Source: Salpingoeca rosetta | Lineage: Eukaryota > Protista > Choanoflagellata | Direction: 5' to 3' | NCBI GenBank assembly: GCA_033442325.1 | Contig: JAWQFM010000004.1 | Coordinates: 2,080,694 to 2,144,693, forward strand | Length of the DNA: 64,000 nt | The notes under the pieces: model-generated | What the model was told of the DNA's origin: nothing | Databases searched by the model: none | The model's input: only the letters and a program-made list of their open reading frames with translations | Position numbers and translations under genes: made by a program | Shown here: positions 63,199-64,000 of the stretch, one piece after another | How positions within the stretch are numbered: the stretch's first letter is position 1 | Layout: the number at the start of each line of letters is the position of its first letter

Positions 63199-64000
63199 AT
63201 GCCTTCTGGGTCACCCCCTGCAAAACGCCCAGCCACTACTGCAAGAAGGACGGACACATTGTCAGCCGACGCGCCCACGACGCCAAACGCACCCACAACG
63301 ACGGTACATCGGCCACCCGCGACAGCAGATGCACATGCGTCTTCCACTACAGCACGCACCCCTTCGTTGCCGACATACGTGCCTCCCACGACGGCACGTG
63401 CATTGCCCGCCGCAGCAGAGGCGTTGCTCGCCTTGGCAGGCGCTGCTCCGGCCACGTCAAATGCTGGTCTCGCCGTGACACCCACTGCTCCCGTTCCAGC
63501 ACGCACTGCTCCCGTTCCAGTGCCCGCTACTCCCACAAGTACACGCGCTGCTCCCACAAGCACACGCGCTGTTCCCGTTCAAGCACCCGCTACTCCCACA
63601 AGCACACGCGCTGCTCCCACAAGCACACGCGCTGTTCCCGTTCAAGCACCCGCTACTCCCACAAGTACACGCGCTGCTCCCACAAGCACACGCGCTGCTC
63701 CCGTTCAAGCACCCGCTACTCCCACAAGTACGCGCGCTGCTCCCACACGCGCTGCTCCCGTTCCAGCACGCACTGCTCCCGTTCAAGCACGCGCTGCTCC
63801 CGCCATGGCGAACGCACCTCCTGCTACAACTACCTCAGGAGCACCTGCCTCAGCCTCTCCCGCAGCTGGCAACAATGGCGTGCCGGAAGCTGAGCTGCAG
63901 GCACTTGGGCAGGAAATGCTGACATGCCGGGACCGAGCAGGAATAGAAGCGCTACAGCGCCAAGTGCTCGCGGCCGGAAAGCGTGTTCTGATCGCTCGGT
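63199..64000 (+). CDS. Pro/Ala/Thr-rich repeat protein, N-terminal part (runs off window)
   Basis: Open from ATG 63199 to the window end (MPSGSPPAKRP...VPEAELQALGQEMLTCRDRAGIEALQRQVLAAGKRVLIAR). Absent from the ORF track because no stop lies in the window. Confidence 0.65.
   Translation, partial: MPSGSPPAKRPATTARRTDTLSADAPTTPNAPTTTVHRPPATADAHASSTTARTPSLPTYVPPTTARALPAAAEALLALAGAAPATSNAGLAVTPTAPVPARTAPVPVPATPTSTRAAPTSTRAVPVQAPATPTSTRAAPTSTRAVPVQAPATPTSTRAAPTSTRAAPVQAPATPTSTRAAPTRAAPVPARTAPVQARAAPAMANAPPATTTSGAPASASPAAGNNGVPEAELQALGQEMLTCRDRAGIEALQRQVLAAGKRVLIAR
63484..63800 (+). repeat. Coding minisatellite: 21-bp units arranged in 63-bp higher-order repeats
   Basis: Encodes PATPTSTRAAPTSTRAVPVQA about three times, flanked by APVPART-type variants. 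Confidence 0.9.

Larger units (their letters stand above)
62446..64000 (+). mobile_element. Possible 5' end of a retroelement or other mobile element
   Basis: Largely microsatellite-free block. TGTCGAC (62446)...GTCGACA (63047) bracket a TATATAAA (62615-62622), followed by an intronless ORF. No RT, integrase or transposase in the window. Confidence 0.25.

Noticed and set aside
1-64000. tRNA, rRNA or snRNA genes
   Set aside because: None recognised by eye. tRNAscan-SE or Infernal would be needed to exclude them.

Overview
Eukaryotic, GC-rich, intron-dense DNA whose introns are filled with (CA)n/(GT)n microsatellites. This style fits a choanoflagellate such as Salpingoeca rosetta (inference, not verified). 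Most of the ORF track is microsatellite noise, so I rebuilt gene models by hand from splice sites and protein motifs. In order, the window holds: calcipressin/RCAN (partial, -); a U-box E3 ligase-dynamin GTPase fusion (-) with a tandem copy of its 3' ~1.1 kb; an intronless receptor-L-domain/LRR-like protein (-); an intronless, compositionally atypical class-3 lipase (-); an 887-aa low-complexity protein (+); an MptpB/LipA-type Cys phosphatase (-); an intron-containing superoxide reductase (+); SMC4 (-, spanning a 100-N gap); a Cys-rich four-TM protein (-); a serine carboxypeptidase S10 (+); a PhyH-like dioxygenase lacking both iron-binding histidines (-); a senataxin/Sen1 helicase (+); a CEP85-like protein (-); an EF-hand protein (+); and the start of an intronless, repeat-containing ORF that may belong to a mobile element. 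The best candidate for an undescribed system is the 3-10 kb accessory block (U-box-dynamin + L-domain repeat protein + lipase), which resembles a cell-autonomous defence locus. Several odd stretches are better explained as low-quality assembly.
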